From assembly GCA_016788485.1 (NCBI GenBank), contig JAEUSV010000120.1, positions 53,744-117,743 on the forward strand: a DNA stretch of 64,000 nt, read 5' to 3'. This document shows positions 17,132 through 29,100 of the stretch, piece by piece (position 1 is the first letter of the stretch; each line of letters opens with the position of its first letter). The notes beneath the pieces are model-generated. The model was not told the DNA's origin. It searched no databases and worked only from the letters and a program-made list of their open reading frames with translations. The stretch is from Flavobacteriales bacterium (lineage in GTDB: Bacteria > Bacteroidota > Bacteroidia > Flavobacteriales_F > PHOS-HE28). The translations under genes and the position numbers were made by a program.

Positions 17132-17971
17132 ATGAACTACACCGAGGTCGACTTCCTCATCGCTCCGCTGGAGCCTTGGCGCGACATCCTCACCGCCGAG
17201 CTGGGCGAGCTGGGCTATGACAGCTTCGAGGAGACGCCCGGCGGACTGAAGGCCTACATCCTGAGCGAGCGCTTCGACCGGAAGGTGCTGCCCGAGCTGC
17301 TCACCCTGCGCGACCCGCATGCCTCGGTGAGCTACACGGTTCGTGCGGTGGAGCCGAGGAACTGGAACGCGGAGTGGGAGCGGAGCTTCACGCCGGTGGA
17401 GGTGGGGAAGGAGGTGCGCATCCGCGCCGAGTTCCATCCGTCGGTGCCGGGCTTCACGCACGAACTGGTCATCACACCGCGCATGGCCTTCGGCACGGGC
17501 CACCACGCCACCACGCGCATGATGGTGCAGGCCATGCTGGGCCTCGACCTGCACGGTCAGGCGGTGTGCGACCTGGGCTGCGGCACCGCGGTGCTGGCGG
17601 TGCTTGCCGAGAAGCGCGGGGCGAAGGAAGTGCTGGCCATCGACATCGACGCCCAGGCGGTCGACAACGCCCTGCACAACGTGGGGCTGAACGGTTGTCA
17701 CGCCATCACTGTGGAAAAGGGCACCGTGGCCGACCTGAGGGGCCGCAGGTACGGCACTATTTTGGCGAACATCGAGCGGAACACGCTGATGCGCGACATG
17801 GAGGCCATGCGCGACGCGCTGCTTCCCGGTGGTGCCTTGCTGCTCAGCGGTTTCGTGGTGGACGACCGCCACATGATGGCGCAGAGCGCGAAGCAGGCCG
17901 GGCTGCTCGTGGAGGAACGCTTGAACGAAGGCGAATGGGCCCTGATCGGATGCCGAAGACCACTTCCCTGA
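17132..17971 (+). CDS. prmA: ribosomal protein L11 methyltransferase
   Basis: The start was re-picked at MNYTEVDF. The C-terminal SAM-MTase motif is VCDLGCGTAVLAVLAEKRGAKEVLAIDID...LLLSGF. Confidence 0.85.
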   Translation: MNYTEVDFLIAPLEPWRDILTAELGELGYDSFEETPGGLKAYILSERFDRKVLPELLTLRDPHASVSYTVRAVEPRNWNAEWERSFTPVEVGKEVRIRAEFHPSVPGFTHELVITPRMAFGTGHHATTRMMVQAMLGLDLHGQAVCDLGCGTAVLAVLAEKRGAKEVLAIDIDAQAVDNALHNVGLNGCHAITVEKGTVADLRGRRYGTILANIERNTLMRDMEAMRDALLPGGALLLSGFVVDDRHMMAQSAKQAGLLVEERLNEGEWALIGCRRPLP

Positions 17972-20900
17972 TCCACCTGCTGCTGCGGGCCACCGCGGCG
18001 CTGCTGCTGTTCGCCTTCGCCGTGGCCGCGCAGGCGCAGACCAAGCCGTTCACCGACGACCAGGCCGTGTTCCTGGAGGAGGTCACCAACTTCCTCGTCG
18101 CCGCCGACAAGAAGGAGGGCAAGCCCTTCGTGGAGCAGGTGTTCGCCCCGGCCTGGAACGGCACCTACCTGTCGCCGGCGCAGCGCACCAAGGTCGTGGA
18201 GATGGCCAACTTCATGTTGAAGAAGCGCTACGAGGCCTTCCCGCATTTCCGCGACCTGCTTGCCGCCGTGGCCGCCTTCGCCAACAGCGGACGCCCCGCC
18301 GCCGAGTTCGACACCTGGATGCGCAGCCTCGACGCCATGGTGCAGAGCGGGCGCAAGAAGAACTTCACCGCCTTCGTCGAGATGTGCGCCGGTCTCTTCA
18401 AGGACAACACCCTGTTCAAGAGCCCCAGCACCCAGTGGCGCAGCAGCAGCGGCATCTTCACCTTCACCTACGACACCGTGCCCAAGGTGGTGTTCAACAA
18501 GCTCGATCTGGTGTGCCTGGCCAAGGGCGACAGCGCGGTGATCCGCAACACGAGCGGCACCTACTACCCGGTGGAGGAGATCTGGCGCGGCAAGGGGGGC
18601 CGGGTGGACTGGACGCGCGCCGGCCTGAAGCCCGAGGCCACCTTCGCCGAGTGGACGCACGACTATGCCATCAAGGTGAAGAGCGCGGCCTTCGAGATCG
18701 ATTCCGTCCAGTTCAACGACCCCTACTTCGAGAAGACGCTCTTCGGCAAGATCACCGACAAGGTGCTGGCCAACGTGGACGCCGATGAGGCGAGCTACCC
18801 GCGCTTCGAGAGCTACGACCGCCGCATGAAGATCCGCGACATCGTGGAGGGCATCGACTTCGAGGGCGGTTTCACCATGCAGGGCGCCAAGCTGCAGGGC
18901 TACGGCACCAAGGAGGAGCCCGCCTACCTCACCTTCTACCGCGACAAGCGCCCCTTCATCGTCACCCACGGCCTGCTCTACACCATCGAGCCCGAACGCG
19001 TGAGCAGCCAGGACGTCGCCGTCGCCATCCTGCTTGACAAGGACTCCATCTTCCACCCCAGCGTGAGCCTGCGTTTCCTGAAGGACAAGAAGCAGCTGAG
19101 CCTCATCAAGAAGGACGAGGGCCTGTCGAAGGGGCCGTTCTACGACACCTACCACAACCTCGACATGTACTTCGAGGTGCTCACGTGGAAGCAGGGCGAT
19201 CCCGTGGTCCAGCTCGGCAACCTGCAGGGCAGCTCGCAGACGCGCGCCTCGTTCGAGAGCTACAACTACTTCAAGGAGAAGCGCTACACCGCCATGCTCG
19301 GCGTGGACGCCGTGCATCCCCTGGTGCGGCTGCGCGACCACCAGAAGACCGCCGGCGACGTGTTCACCGCCACCGACTTCGCCGTGGCCACCCGCCTGCA
19401 GAAGCCCCAGGTGATCCCCATGCTCATCGACATGGCGAACAAGGGCTACATCGACTACGACCCCGAGGACGAGGTGGTGACCGTGAAGCCCCGCCTGCGC
19501 GAGCACGTGCTGGCCAGCGCCGGCAAGGTCGACTACGATGTGCTGCAGTTCAACAGCAACAGCGACGACGGGGTGAACGGCACCATCAACCTGCTCAACA
19601 ACGACCTCGCGCTCAAGGGTGTGGCCCGCATCATCCTCAGCGACTCGCAGGACGTGAAGATCTTCCCCAGCGAGAAGCTCGTGACCATCAAGAAGGACCG
19701 CGACTTCACCTTCGGCGGCGCGGTGCAGGCGGGCAAGCTCACCTTCCACGGCAAGGAGTACTACTTCCACTACCAGCCCTTCGTGATCGACCTGCTGAAC
19801 GTGGACTCGGTGAGCTTCATGGCCGACAGCTTCGACAAGGATGAGAACGGCCTGTCGCACCTGGTGCGGGTGAAGAACGTGCTGGAGAAGGTGAGCGGCA
19901 CCCTCGAGATCGACGCGCCCAGCAACAAGAGCGGGCTGCAGCAGGTGAAGGGGCCGGACGGCCGCATGACCGGCCGCTACCCCGAGTTCCCCAAGTTCAA
20001 CAGCGCCAAGGAGAGCTACGTGTTCTACGACCGCGGCGCGATCCAGAAGGGCGTGTACATCCGCGACAAGTTCTACTACCGCAGCGACCCCTTCCAGCTC
20101 GACAGCCTCGACGACTTCACCAACGACGGCCTCACCTTCACCGGTGTGCTCGTCTCCGCCGGCATCTTCCCCGACATCCGCGAGCCGCTGCGCTTGCAGA
20201 AGGACTACGCCCTCGGCTTCGTCCGGCCCACGGGCGCCGGCGGCCTGCCGTTGTACGGGCGCAAGGCCAACTTCACCAACACCATCAGCCTCAACTACAA
20301 GGGCCTGCAGGGCGATGGCGACATGACCTACCTCACCACCCAGGCCACCAGCACGGGCTTCGTGTTCTGCCCCGACAGCACCTTCGGCATCGTCGACACG
20401 CTCTTCAACCTCGCCGCCAAGGACCCCAAGCTCAACGTGCCCAACGTGAACGGCGCCAAGCTCTTCACCCGCCTGGAGCCGAAGAACGACGTGCTGCTGG
20501 CCGAGAAGCGCGAGCGTCCCATGACCATGTACGACGGGCAGGCCTTCCTGCACGGCCGCACCGAGCTCACCCCGAAGGGCATGACCGGCGCCGGGCTCGT
20601 GGACTTCACCAACGCCACGCTCGCCTCCAAGCTGTTCGACTTCCAGACGATGCGGATCCACGCCGACACCTCGGACTTCCGCCTCACCGAAGGGGACACC
20701 GCGAGCATCGCCTTCAAGACCGACAACGTGAACGCCACCGTGAAGCTCGACGAGCGGGTCGGCGAGTTCGTGAGCAACGGCACCGAGACCAAGGTGGAGT
20801 TCCCGGTGAACCAGTACATCTGCTTCATGGACCGCTTCAAGTGGTACATGGACCAGGGCGACCTGGAGCTGGAGAGCGACCGCACCGCCGCTGCGGCCAA

Positions 20901-22443
20901 CGAGGACCTCCAGCTGTCGGGCTCGAACTTCATCAGCATCCGGCCCGACCAGGACTCGCTCAGCTTCATGGCCCCCAAGGCGCGCTACGACCTGAAGAAG
21001 CACCTGATCACCGCGAACGACGTGCAGTACATCCAGGTGGCCGACGCGCTCGTGACCCCCGACAGCATGCGTGTGCGCATCCGCCGCAATGCCGAGATGG
21101 ACCCCCTTACCAACGCGGTCGTCACGGCCAACTTCGTCACCAAGCACCACCGCATCTACAACGCCACGGTCGACATCAAGGCCAAGCGCAACTACAGCGC
21201 CAACGGCGATTACGACTACGTCGACGAGGCCGGCAAGCCGTTCAAGATCAGGTTGCAGAACGTCAACGTCGACACCGCCTACCAGACCTACGCCAGGGGA
21301 CGCATCACCGAGGAGGAGGGCTTCCAGCTGAGCCCGGCCTTCGACTTCTTCGGCGATGTGCTGCTGCTGGCCAGCGAGAAGGAGCTCACCTTCACGGGCA
21401 CCACGCGCATCATGCACGACTGCCCGGGCCTCACCCGCAACTGGATGCGCTTCTCCGGCAAGGTGGACCCCGCGGAGGTGTTCATCCCCGTGGGCGACAC
21501 CCTCTCGGACGACAAGGGGCTGTCCATCGGCAACGGCGTGTTCCTCACCAACGACGACCCCTTCAAGACCTACGGCACCTTCCTGAGCCGCAAGCAGGAC
21601 AAGAACGACCGCACCATCATCGCCGGTCGCGGGCTGCTGTACTTCGACAAGGCCAAGCGTGAGTACCTCATCGGCCCCAAGGACAAGATCCGCCAGCGCA
21701 ACCTGCCGGGCGACCTGGTGAGCCTTTCCAATTCCGACTGCCGACTGAGCGCCGATGGCCACATCACCTACGGTGTGGACCTCGGCCGGGTGAAGCTCGA
21801 CGGCTACGGCACACTGGAGCAGACATCGGACAAGGGCACCACCGCCCGCACGGCGCTCTACGCCGACTTCCACTTCCTGGAGAACGCGCTGGAGAAGATG
21901 ACCGCCGACATCCTGGCCTACCCCGACCAGAAGCAGGTCGACATCACCAAGACCCCCTACGAGAAGTCCCTGCGCGAGATCCTGGGGCTGGAGCGCTCGG
22001 ACAAGCTGATCAGCGAGCTCAGCATCAAGGGCGAGATCAAGCGCCTGCCCGATGAGCTGCAGAAGGCACTCATGCTCTGCGACGTGGAGATGGCCTGGAA
22101 CAACGACGACCAGGCGTGGCAGAGCCAGGGCCTCATCGGGCTGGGCACCGTGCTCAAGAAGCCCGTGTTCCGCCAGCTGAAGGGCAAGGTGGAGGTGCAG
22201 CGCAAGCGCAGTGGCGACGTGATGACCATCCTGCTGATGCTCGACGACCAGACCTATTGGTTCTTCCAGTACTCACGGAACTACCTTTACGCATACAGCA
22301 GCAGCAGCGAGTTCAACACCATGCTCACCGAGGCGAAGGACGACAAGCGCGTGCTGGAATCGAAGAAGGATGAACCGGCCTACCAGTTCATCGTCACCAA
22401 CAAGCGGAAGGTGGACGAGTTCCGCGACCGTTTCGGCCTTTGA
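17950..22443 (+). CDS. large (1497-aa) secreted hypothetical protein
   Basis: The start was re-picked at MPKTTSLIHLLLRATAALLLFAFAVAAQAQT, a signal peptide. It overlaps the prmA 3' end by 22 nt. The frame has GC-coherent codon usage throughout. It has no low-complexity stretches and no recognisable catalytic motifs. Confidence 0.65.
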   Translation: MPKTTSLIHLLLRATAALLLFAFAVAAQAQTKPFTDDQAVFLEEVTNFLVAADKKEGKPFVEQVFAPAWNGTYLSPAQRTKVVEMANFMLKKRYEAFPHFRDLLAAVAAFANSGRPAAEFDTWMRSLDAMVQSGRKKNFTAFVEMCAGLFKDNTLFKSPSTQWRSSSGIFTFTYDTVPKVVFNKLDLVCLAKGDSAVIRNTSGTYYPVEEIWRGKGGRVDWTRAGLKPEATFAEWTHDYAIKVKSAAFEIDSVQFNDPYFEKTLFGKITDKVLANVDADEASYPRFESYDRRMKIRDIVEGIDFEGGFTMQGAKLQGYGTKEEPAYLTFYRDKRPFIVTHGLLYTIEPERVSSQDVAVAILLDKDSIFHPSVSLRFLKDKKQLSLIKKDEGLSKGPFYDTYHNLDMYFEVLTWKQGDPVVQLGNLQGSSQTRASFESYNYFKEKRYTAMLGVDAVHPLVRLRDHQKTAGDVFTATDFAVATRLQKPQVIPMLIDMANKGYIDYDPEDEVVTVKPRLREHVLASAGKVDYDVLQFNSNSDDGVNGTINLLNNDLALKGVARIILSDSQDVKIFPSEKLVTIKKDRDFTFGGAVQAGKLTFHGKEYYFHYQPFVIDLLNVDSVSFMADSFDKDENGLSHLVRVKNVLEKVSGTLEIDAPSNKSGLQQVKGPDGRMTGRYPEFPKFNSAKESYVFYDRGAIQKGVYIRDKFYYRSDPFQLDSLDDFTNDGLTFTGVLVSAGIFPDIREPLRLQKDYALGFVRPTGAGGLPLYGRKANFTNTISLNYKGLQGDGDMTYLTTQATSTGFVFCPDSTFGIVDTLFNLAAKDPKLNVPNVNGAKLFTRLEPKNDVLLAEKRERPMTMYDGQAFLHGRTELTPKGMTGAGLVDFTNATLASKLFDFQTMRIHADTSDFRLTEGDTASIAFKTDNVNATVKLDERVGEFVSNGTETKVEFPVNQYICFMDRFKWYMDQGDLELESDRTAAAANEDLQLSGSNFISIRPDQDSLSFMAPKARYDLKKHLITANDVQYIQVADALVTPDSMRVRIRRNAEMDPLTNAVVTANFVTKHHRIYNATVDIKAKRNYSANGDYDYVDEAGKPFKIRLQNVNVDTAYQTYARGRITEEEGFQLSPAFDFFGDVLLLASEKELTFTGTTRIMHDCPGLTRNWMRFSGKVDPAEVFIPVGDTLSDDKGLSIGNGVFLTNDDPFKTYGTFLSRKQDKNDRTIIAGRGLLYFDKAKREYLIGPKDKIRQRNLPGDLVSLSNSDCRLSADGHITYGVDLGRVKLDGYGTLEQTSDKGTTARTALYADFHFLENALEKMTADILAYPDQKQVDITKTPYEKSLREILGLERSDKLISELSIKGEIKRLPDELQKALMLCDVEMAWNNDDQAWQSQGLIGLGTVLKKPVFRQLKGKVEVQRKRSGDVMTILLMLDDQTYWFFQYSRNYLYAYSSSSEFNTMLTEAKDDKRVLESKKDEPAYQFIVTNKRKVDEFRDRFGL

Positions 22444-22446
22444 ACC

Positions 22447-23112
22447 ATGGACTTCCCCTGGGTGTACGGCATTTTCGGCATGAGCGCGGCCTACCTGTGC
22501 GGCAGCATCCCCACCAGCGTGTGGTGGGGGCGGGCGTTCCACGGGGTGGACGTGCGCGAGCATGGCAGCCGCAATGCAGGGGCCACGAACACCTTCCGGG
22601 TGCTGGGCTGGCGAGCGGGCCTGCCCGTGCTGCTCATCGATGTGCTCAAGGGCTTCCTGCCGGTGCGGCTCATCCCCAACTTCAGCGGGCTCGAGCCCGA
22701 CAGCGCGCCGTGGATGTGGTTCCGAGTGGCCCTGGTGCTCGCCGCGGTGATCGGGCACCTGTATCCGGTGTTCGCCGGCTTCAAGGGGGGCAAGGGCGTG
22801 GCCACCTCCCTCGGCGGTGTGCTGGCCGTGCACCCCGGTGCCGCCGCCATCTGCGTGTTGGTGTTCGCCGTGGTGTTCGGCCTGTCCAAGTATGTCTCCC
22901 TCGGCTCGCTCAGCGCCGCCCTGTCGTTCCCGCTGGCCGTGGTGCTGCTGTACCACGAGACGAGCCCGGTGAAGATCGGCTTCGCGGCGGTGCTCTGCGC
23001 CATGGTGTTCTACACGCACCGGCAGAATATCGGGCGCTTGTTGCGGGGGGAGGAGAACCGGATGAGCCTGTCGGCATCGCCTCCGGGCGCTGCGCGCGGC
23101 GGGAAAGCATGA
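22447..23112 (+). CDS. plsY: glycerol-3-phosphate acyltransferase PlsY
   Basis: The 221-aa ORF reads GSIPTSVWWG...HGSRNAGATNTFRVLG...FKGGKGVAT, a typical PlsY/YgiH signature. Confidence 0.88.
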   Translation: MDFPWVYGIFGMSAAYLCGSIPTSVWWGRAFHGVDVREHGSRNAGATNTFRVLGWRAGLPVLLIDVLKGFLPVRLIPNFSGLEPDSAPWMWFRVALVLAAVIGHLYPVFAGFKGGKGVATSLGGVLAVHPGAAAICVLVFAVVFGLSKYVSLGSLSAALSFPLAVVLLYHETSPVKIGFAAVLCAMVFYTHRQNIGRLLRGEENRMSLSASPPGAARGGKA

Positions 23113-26100
23113 AACCCTCTGGGCCTCTGGACCGTATACGCGCCCACTCTCAGTTGATGAACCGCTTCACGGGTATGCTCTTCGCCCTGGCGGTCCCCTT
23201 GTTGGGCCTGGCCCAGGGAGGTGACCTGCAGTTGCGCGCCAAGGCCGACGCCCTCTTCGCCGAGGGACGCTTCGCCGAGGCCTACCCGCTCTATTCCCAG
23301 CTCGTGAGCCTCACGCCCTCGGACCGTGAGCTCAATTACCGTTTCGGTGCCTGCACGCTCTACGGCGGCGACGACAAGGAGAAGGCCATCGGCCACCTGA
23401 AGTACGCCGTGGAGGGTCCTTCCGCCCCGCCGCTCGCTTGGTACTTCCTCGGGCGCAGCTACCACGTGTCCTACCGCTTCAAGGAGGCCTTGGTGGCCTA
23501 CGAGCGCTACAAGGGGACGGCCGACAAGAAGACCCTGACGCAGTACCCTGCCGACGCGCTCGAGCAGCAGTGCCGCAATGGCCAGCAGCTGCTCAGCAAC
23601 CTCAAGGACATCGAGGTCCACAGCAAGCTCGAGGTCGAAGCGGCGGAGTTCTTCCGCTTCTATGACCTGGCGGGCATCGGCGGGCGCATCGTGGTGACGC
23701 CGGACGAGCTGCGCTCCAGCCTCGACAAGAAGAGCGACTTCCGTTCACTGATCTACCTGCCGGAGAAGCCCGGCCCCATCTACTTCAGCAGCCTGGGCAA
23801 GGACGGCCGCACCGGCAAGGACATCTACCGCACCGAGTTGCTGGCCACGGGTCAGTTCGCCGAGCCGCAGAAGCTGGCCGGCTACGTGAACACCGATCAG
23901 GACGAGGACCATCCCTTCCTTTCCGCCGACGGGCGTTATTTCTACTTCGCCTCGAAGGGGCACAACAGCATGGGCGGCTACGACGTGTTCCGCGCCTCGT
24001 ACGACAAGGGCCTCGACGTGTTCGGAGCGCCGGAGAACCTCGATTTCGCGGTGAACACGCCCGACGACGACATCCTCTACATGGTCGACGCGGAAGGGAA
24101 GCAGGCCTGTTTCGCCAGCGGCCGCAGCAGCCACCAGGGCATGCTGCACGTGTACCGGGTAAGCACGGCGCAGACCCCGGTCAACATCACGGTGCTCAAG
24201 GGGACCTATGCTTCGCAGTACGACGCGAACGACCGCAAGGCCCACCTGGTGGTGGAGGATGCGCTCACCCGCGAGAAGGTGGCCGACGTGCGCACCGACC
24301 AGAACGGCAATTACGTGCTCGCACTGCCACGCAGCGGCCGCTATCGGTTCGTGGTGGAGGCCGGCCCTTCCGGGCGCACCCACGTGGGGCAGGTGGAGGT
24401 GCCGCGCAGCGATTCACCGAAGGCCTACCGCCAGGAGATGAGCCTGGTGGACCAGGCCGGCCAGGAGAAGCTGATGATCCGCAACTACTTCGAGGAGCCC
24501 CTGGCGGAGGACCTCATCGCCCTGGCCCTCGAGGAGATCAAGCGGCGCGCCGCATTGGATGTGACCGGAAGCAGGCCCGAAGTTCCCGCACCTGCGGCCG
24601 AGCCCGCGCCCGTGGCCGATGTGATGACCGCAGCGGGCTTCACGGGCGATGTGAGCAAGGAGCAGGCCGTTCAGCTCGCGAAGGACGATGCCCGCGCCCT
24701 TGAGCAGGAGACCGAGCAGCTCCAGGCGATGAGCGCTGAGGCTTTCCGCATCGCCGAGGCCAACGCCGCCGAAAGCGACCGCCTGGGCACCGAGGCCGCT
24801 TCGCTCGTCGCCCAAGCCTCCGCCGCCACCGATGAGCAGCAGCGCAATGGGCTGATGGCGCAGGCCGCCCGCACACGGCAGTTCGCCAACGAGGCCCGCC
24901 AGCGGTCGCAGGCCGCGCTGGGCGCCGCGCGCTCGCTCGACACGCGTCGCATGGCCACGGCCACCGCGGCGCAGAACGCGCAGCGGCTTTCCACTGAGCT
25001 CACCGCCGCGATCGGCGCCAACGACCGCGACCGCACCGTGGCCCAGCTTTCCGCGCTGAAGGCCCGCATGGACGTGAAGAACGGACCCGATGGCGGCATC
25101 GATGCGCGCGAGGAGGCCCGTCGCAGCGCCACCCAGGCCGCACAGGATGCCGACAAGGTGCTGCAGCGTTCGCAGAGCGTGAGCAACGAAGAGACCGAGC
25201 TCGTGGAACGCATCGATCGGCTGAAGCGCGAGCAGGCGGATGCCGGACGTGCCCGGAAGGAGGAGCTCGGACGCGAGATCACCACGCTCGAGGAGCAGCT
25301 GGGCTACCTGCGCGAGGAGAAGATGCAGGCGGTGGGCAAGGCCCGGGCCGCGCAGCAGCAGGCGGCCATCGCGCAAGGGCAGGCCACGCTCGTGGCCGCG
25401 CTCGCGGAGGGTACGCGCACCGCGGCTCCCGCCCCCGATGCGGCCCGCATGGCCGCGCTGGAGGGTACGCTCGGCAAGAACGCCCAGCGCATGCAGGACC
25501 TGGCCATCGACGAACGCTATGATGCGGCTGTGGCCGTGGAGCGGGCCGGTTCCGCGCAGCACACCTTCGATTGGAAGCTCCAGGGCGACGGACCTGCCAC
25601 TGCGCAAGGGAACATGCCTACGCAGACCGGCACAGGCCAGCGCGTGGACGGCGAGATGATGGCGGCCAACACCGTGACCATGGAGGCCCCCGCCGCTGGC
25701 GACCGCACGCTGAACACCGCCCAGGTACCCCCCGCGAACACCGGTGAGGTACCGGTGTCCGAAGTACGAGGTGAGGAGGGGGGGGGACGGCCGCCGACAC
25801 AACACGCTGAAGGCGCCCCTGCCGTGACCACCGCTGTGGTCGTGGCCACTGCTGTCGCGGCCAACGCGGCCTCCAACGGAGAACAGCAAGGCGAGGGGCG
25901 TCCGCCTGTGCAGGAGGAGCAACCTCCGGCAGGGGAGATCGCGGTGGCCGAGCCCGTGCCCTCGCGCACCGAAGAGGAGCTTGTGTCCATGCGTGGTGCG
26001 GGGCAGGTGGACACCTCCAGCGCCTCGGAGCCTCCCGTGGATGAAGCGTCGTTCATGGCGGCCAACGAGCTGGCCGAGCTGAAGCAGCTGCGCAACGCGG

Positions 26101-29100
26101 AGAAGAACCGGGCGCGGCGCGACAGCCTCGATCAGCGCATCGCTGCGATCGAGAAGGGCATGCAGGCCGACGATCGACCGGCCGTGGTGGAGCAGGCCAG
26201 CGATCGCGACGAGGAGCCGGTCACCGGCACGGCGCGTGCGTTCGAAGCATCGATCGCCTCTCCGCAGCTCGATGCATTGCTCGTTCCCGACCATGCGGCC
26301 GATGTGCAACGGATCGCGGAGGGAACGCTGGCACCCGCCGACAAGGCAGTGGTGCTGCACGGCCTGGAGCTCGTGGTGGTCGACAGCATCGAGGCCGAAA
26401 CGGCCCGGCAGCTCGCCCTGTTGGACACGGACCCCACGCTGGCGACCGAGGTCCTGCCGCGTGTGGAACGCCTGCGCCAGTTGAAGGAGGAGCATGTGAA
26501 GCGCGCGGACGAGATCCTCGCCGCATCGCAACAGCAATACGTGGCGCAGGAGTCCCGCACCATGGAGCAGCAGGCCCAGGCCGCCGTCGATGCGCAGGCC
26601 ACGCCTTCCGCCCAGCCTGTGGTGGTGCAGGCAGGGCAGGGCGGAGGCACCACGCATGTGGACCGCTACGTGAGCGTGTCACCGAGCACCGAGTTCGTCT
26701 ACGAGAGCGTGGTGGAGCACCGCAACCCCGCCGTTGCCGAGGCGGTGGCCGAGAAGGACCGCGACCTGATGCGCATCGCCGACCTCGGCGACCGGATCGA
26801 TTCGCTGGAGGATGTGCTGGAGGAGATGCCCAAGGGCAGGGAGTACGACAAGCTGCGCACCCAGGCCGATCGCATGATCGACGAAGAGGTGATCCTGCGC
26901 ACGGAACTGGGTCAGCGCATGGCCTACATCAGCCGCGAGGAGATGCGCCTGGCCGAGGACAGCCTGCGTGAAGTGGGGAGCCTCGTCACCGCGCGTGGCA
27001 TAGCTGCGGACGAGCCATTGGTGCTGCTGGCGGAGGAGTTCCGGAAGGAGGCCGCCGCGCAGACGCAGGAGGCCGCCACCAAGCGCAAGCAGGCCGACCG
27101 TTCCGAGGACATCCTGGAGCGCGACCGGCTCTACCGCGAGGCCTATGAAGCCGAGCTTCAGGCCCTCCGCAGCATGGACCAGGCCATCACCGTGAAGAAC
27201 CACCTGCTGGGCGCCGACCATGTCGCCGGTGAGCGCCTCACGTACGCGGAGGTGGAGCAGCGGATGTTCGCCTCGGCGGAGGCCGCGCCCATGGCCGACG
27301 GCAACGCGGCAGGAACGGTCGCACCGAAGGGGCTTGTGGAGACAGGTGTGAGGGTGGTCCCCACCACGGACACCACCGGCACGGACCCCGCCACGATGCC
27401 AGCCAACATGGCGCTCTATCAGCGCTTCCTCAGCGAGGACGAGCCTGCCTTGAAGCCCAGCGAGCTGATCACGGTGGACGCCAGCGCCATCGCCTTGGAG
27501 AGCAGCCAGGCGCGCCAGCAGGCCTCCGCGCTTGAGCAGCGCTCCAACGAGCTCGGCGACCGGGCCATCGCCCTGCGCGACAGCGCGGCCACCGCCCGCA
27601 AGCGCGACCGGGAGCAGCTGGAGACCGAGGCCCTGCGGGCGCAGCAGCTCAGCGATTCCCTGCACCAGGCCTCGCTCGCCATGGAGCAACGCGCACAGGT
27701 GCTCGACCAGCGCCAGCGCGAAGTGGAGGAGGCCCGTGCCTTCAACGAGCGCCTGAAGAAGTTCTATTACCTGGGCGGTGAGGAGCAGCTCGTGGTGATG
27801 AACGAGGCCGACCACAGCCGCTACTTCATGGCGCGCAGCCTCTCCCTCGAGCAGCAGCAGCGGGCCATGGCGGACGGTGAGGAGGCCCTGGCCGGCCGCC
27901 AGCTTTCCGATACGCTGGTGGCGCAGGCCGCACGCCTGTTGGCCGAGCCCGACCGCGCGGACGGCAGCTTGAGCCCCGAGCGCATGGCCCAGGCCCAGCG
28001 CCTGAACGAGCGTGCCGTGGAACTGCACGACCGCTCCGACTCGCTCAGCGCATCGGCCGAGCGGTTGAAGAGCGCCGCCGACCTGAACGATCGCCAGGCC
28101 ACCTTGCTGTTGCAGGGCATGGCCACCGACCGTTCCACCGAGGTGATGGCCCTGGAACAACGCACGCGTCGCGTTGACCCGCTGATCGCACGTTCGCGCG
28201 CGCTGATCGCCCAGGTCGATTCGATCAAGGCCCGTGAGGCCGCGCTGGCCCAACAGCAGGGCGGTGCCCCGGCCGGTGCCGCACCCGCGAACGCCGCGCA
28301 GGCTCCCGCTGGTGCCGTGGCGCAGGAGGCCGTGCGCCCGCCCGCCGGAGCCCCGGGCACCGATGTCGCCGCTGTGACACGTCCGACGGAGCCTGTGGTG
28401 CCGGCAGCGACCGAACGCGCGGTGCCCGACCCGGTGGCTCCGGCCCCTGGAGCGTTCGTCGCGCCCGAGGTGCTCACCACGGACATCTTCGGCTTCAAGG
28501 AGGCCGGTGCCGCCCCCGCCCCGATCGCCAAGGACCAGCCCATGCCGAAAGGTGTGGTGTTCAAGGTGCAGGTCGGCGCCTTCAAGAACGATATCCCGCA
28601 GGAGCTCTTCAGCGACATGATGCCGGTGATGGGGGAGACGACCGCTTCCGGCGTCACCCGTTACACCGCAGGTCTTTTCAACACGCCCGAGGCGGCCGAG
28701 AAGGCCCGTGCGTTGGTGCGTGAGCGCGGCTACCGCGATGCCTTCGTCGTGGCCTACATCGATGGTGGCCGCGTGCCGATGACACAGGCCGTGAAGGCGA
28801 TGGCCCCGCTGCCGGGAGCTGTGGCCGCGGCCCAGCCTGAACCGGCCACGCGCCCCGCCGCCGTGATCCAGGCCCCGGCCACCGCGGTCGCCGCACCGGA
28901 CGACGCCCAGGTGCTCGCTACGTACCCGCCCACCGCGGAGGAGCTGCTGGGCCAGTTCGCGCCGCCTGCCGATGCCACGGCCTACTACAACGACCCGACC
29001 GCCGCCCCCGCCCGCCAGGTGGAGACCGTGAAGGGCCTCTTCTTCACGGTGCAGGTGGGCGTGTACAGCAAGCCCACCGCGCTGGACAAGCTCTTCAATA

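Noticed and set aside
17698-21873. 1391-aa reverse-strand ORF antisense to the 1497-aa secreted protein gene
   Set aside because: The translation is Arg/Gly/His/Ala/Val-rich low-complexity with no motif. The + strand frame has a signal peptide and ordinary composition. Long antisense ORFs are expected at about 67% GC because stop codons are rare.
24500-28500. Possible tandem DNA repeat array or CRISPR-like periodicity in the GC-rich low-complexity stretch
   Set aside because: No exact periodic repeat unit is visible. The stretch has compositional (Ala/Gln/Glu/Arg codon) bias only, consistent with a coiled-coil coding region. No CRISPR-like repeat-spacer structure occurs anywhere in the window.
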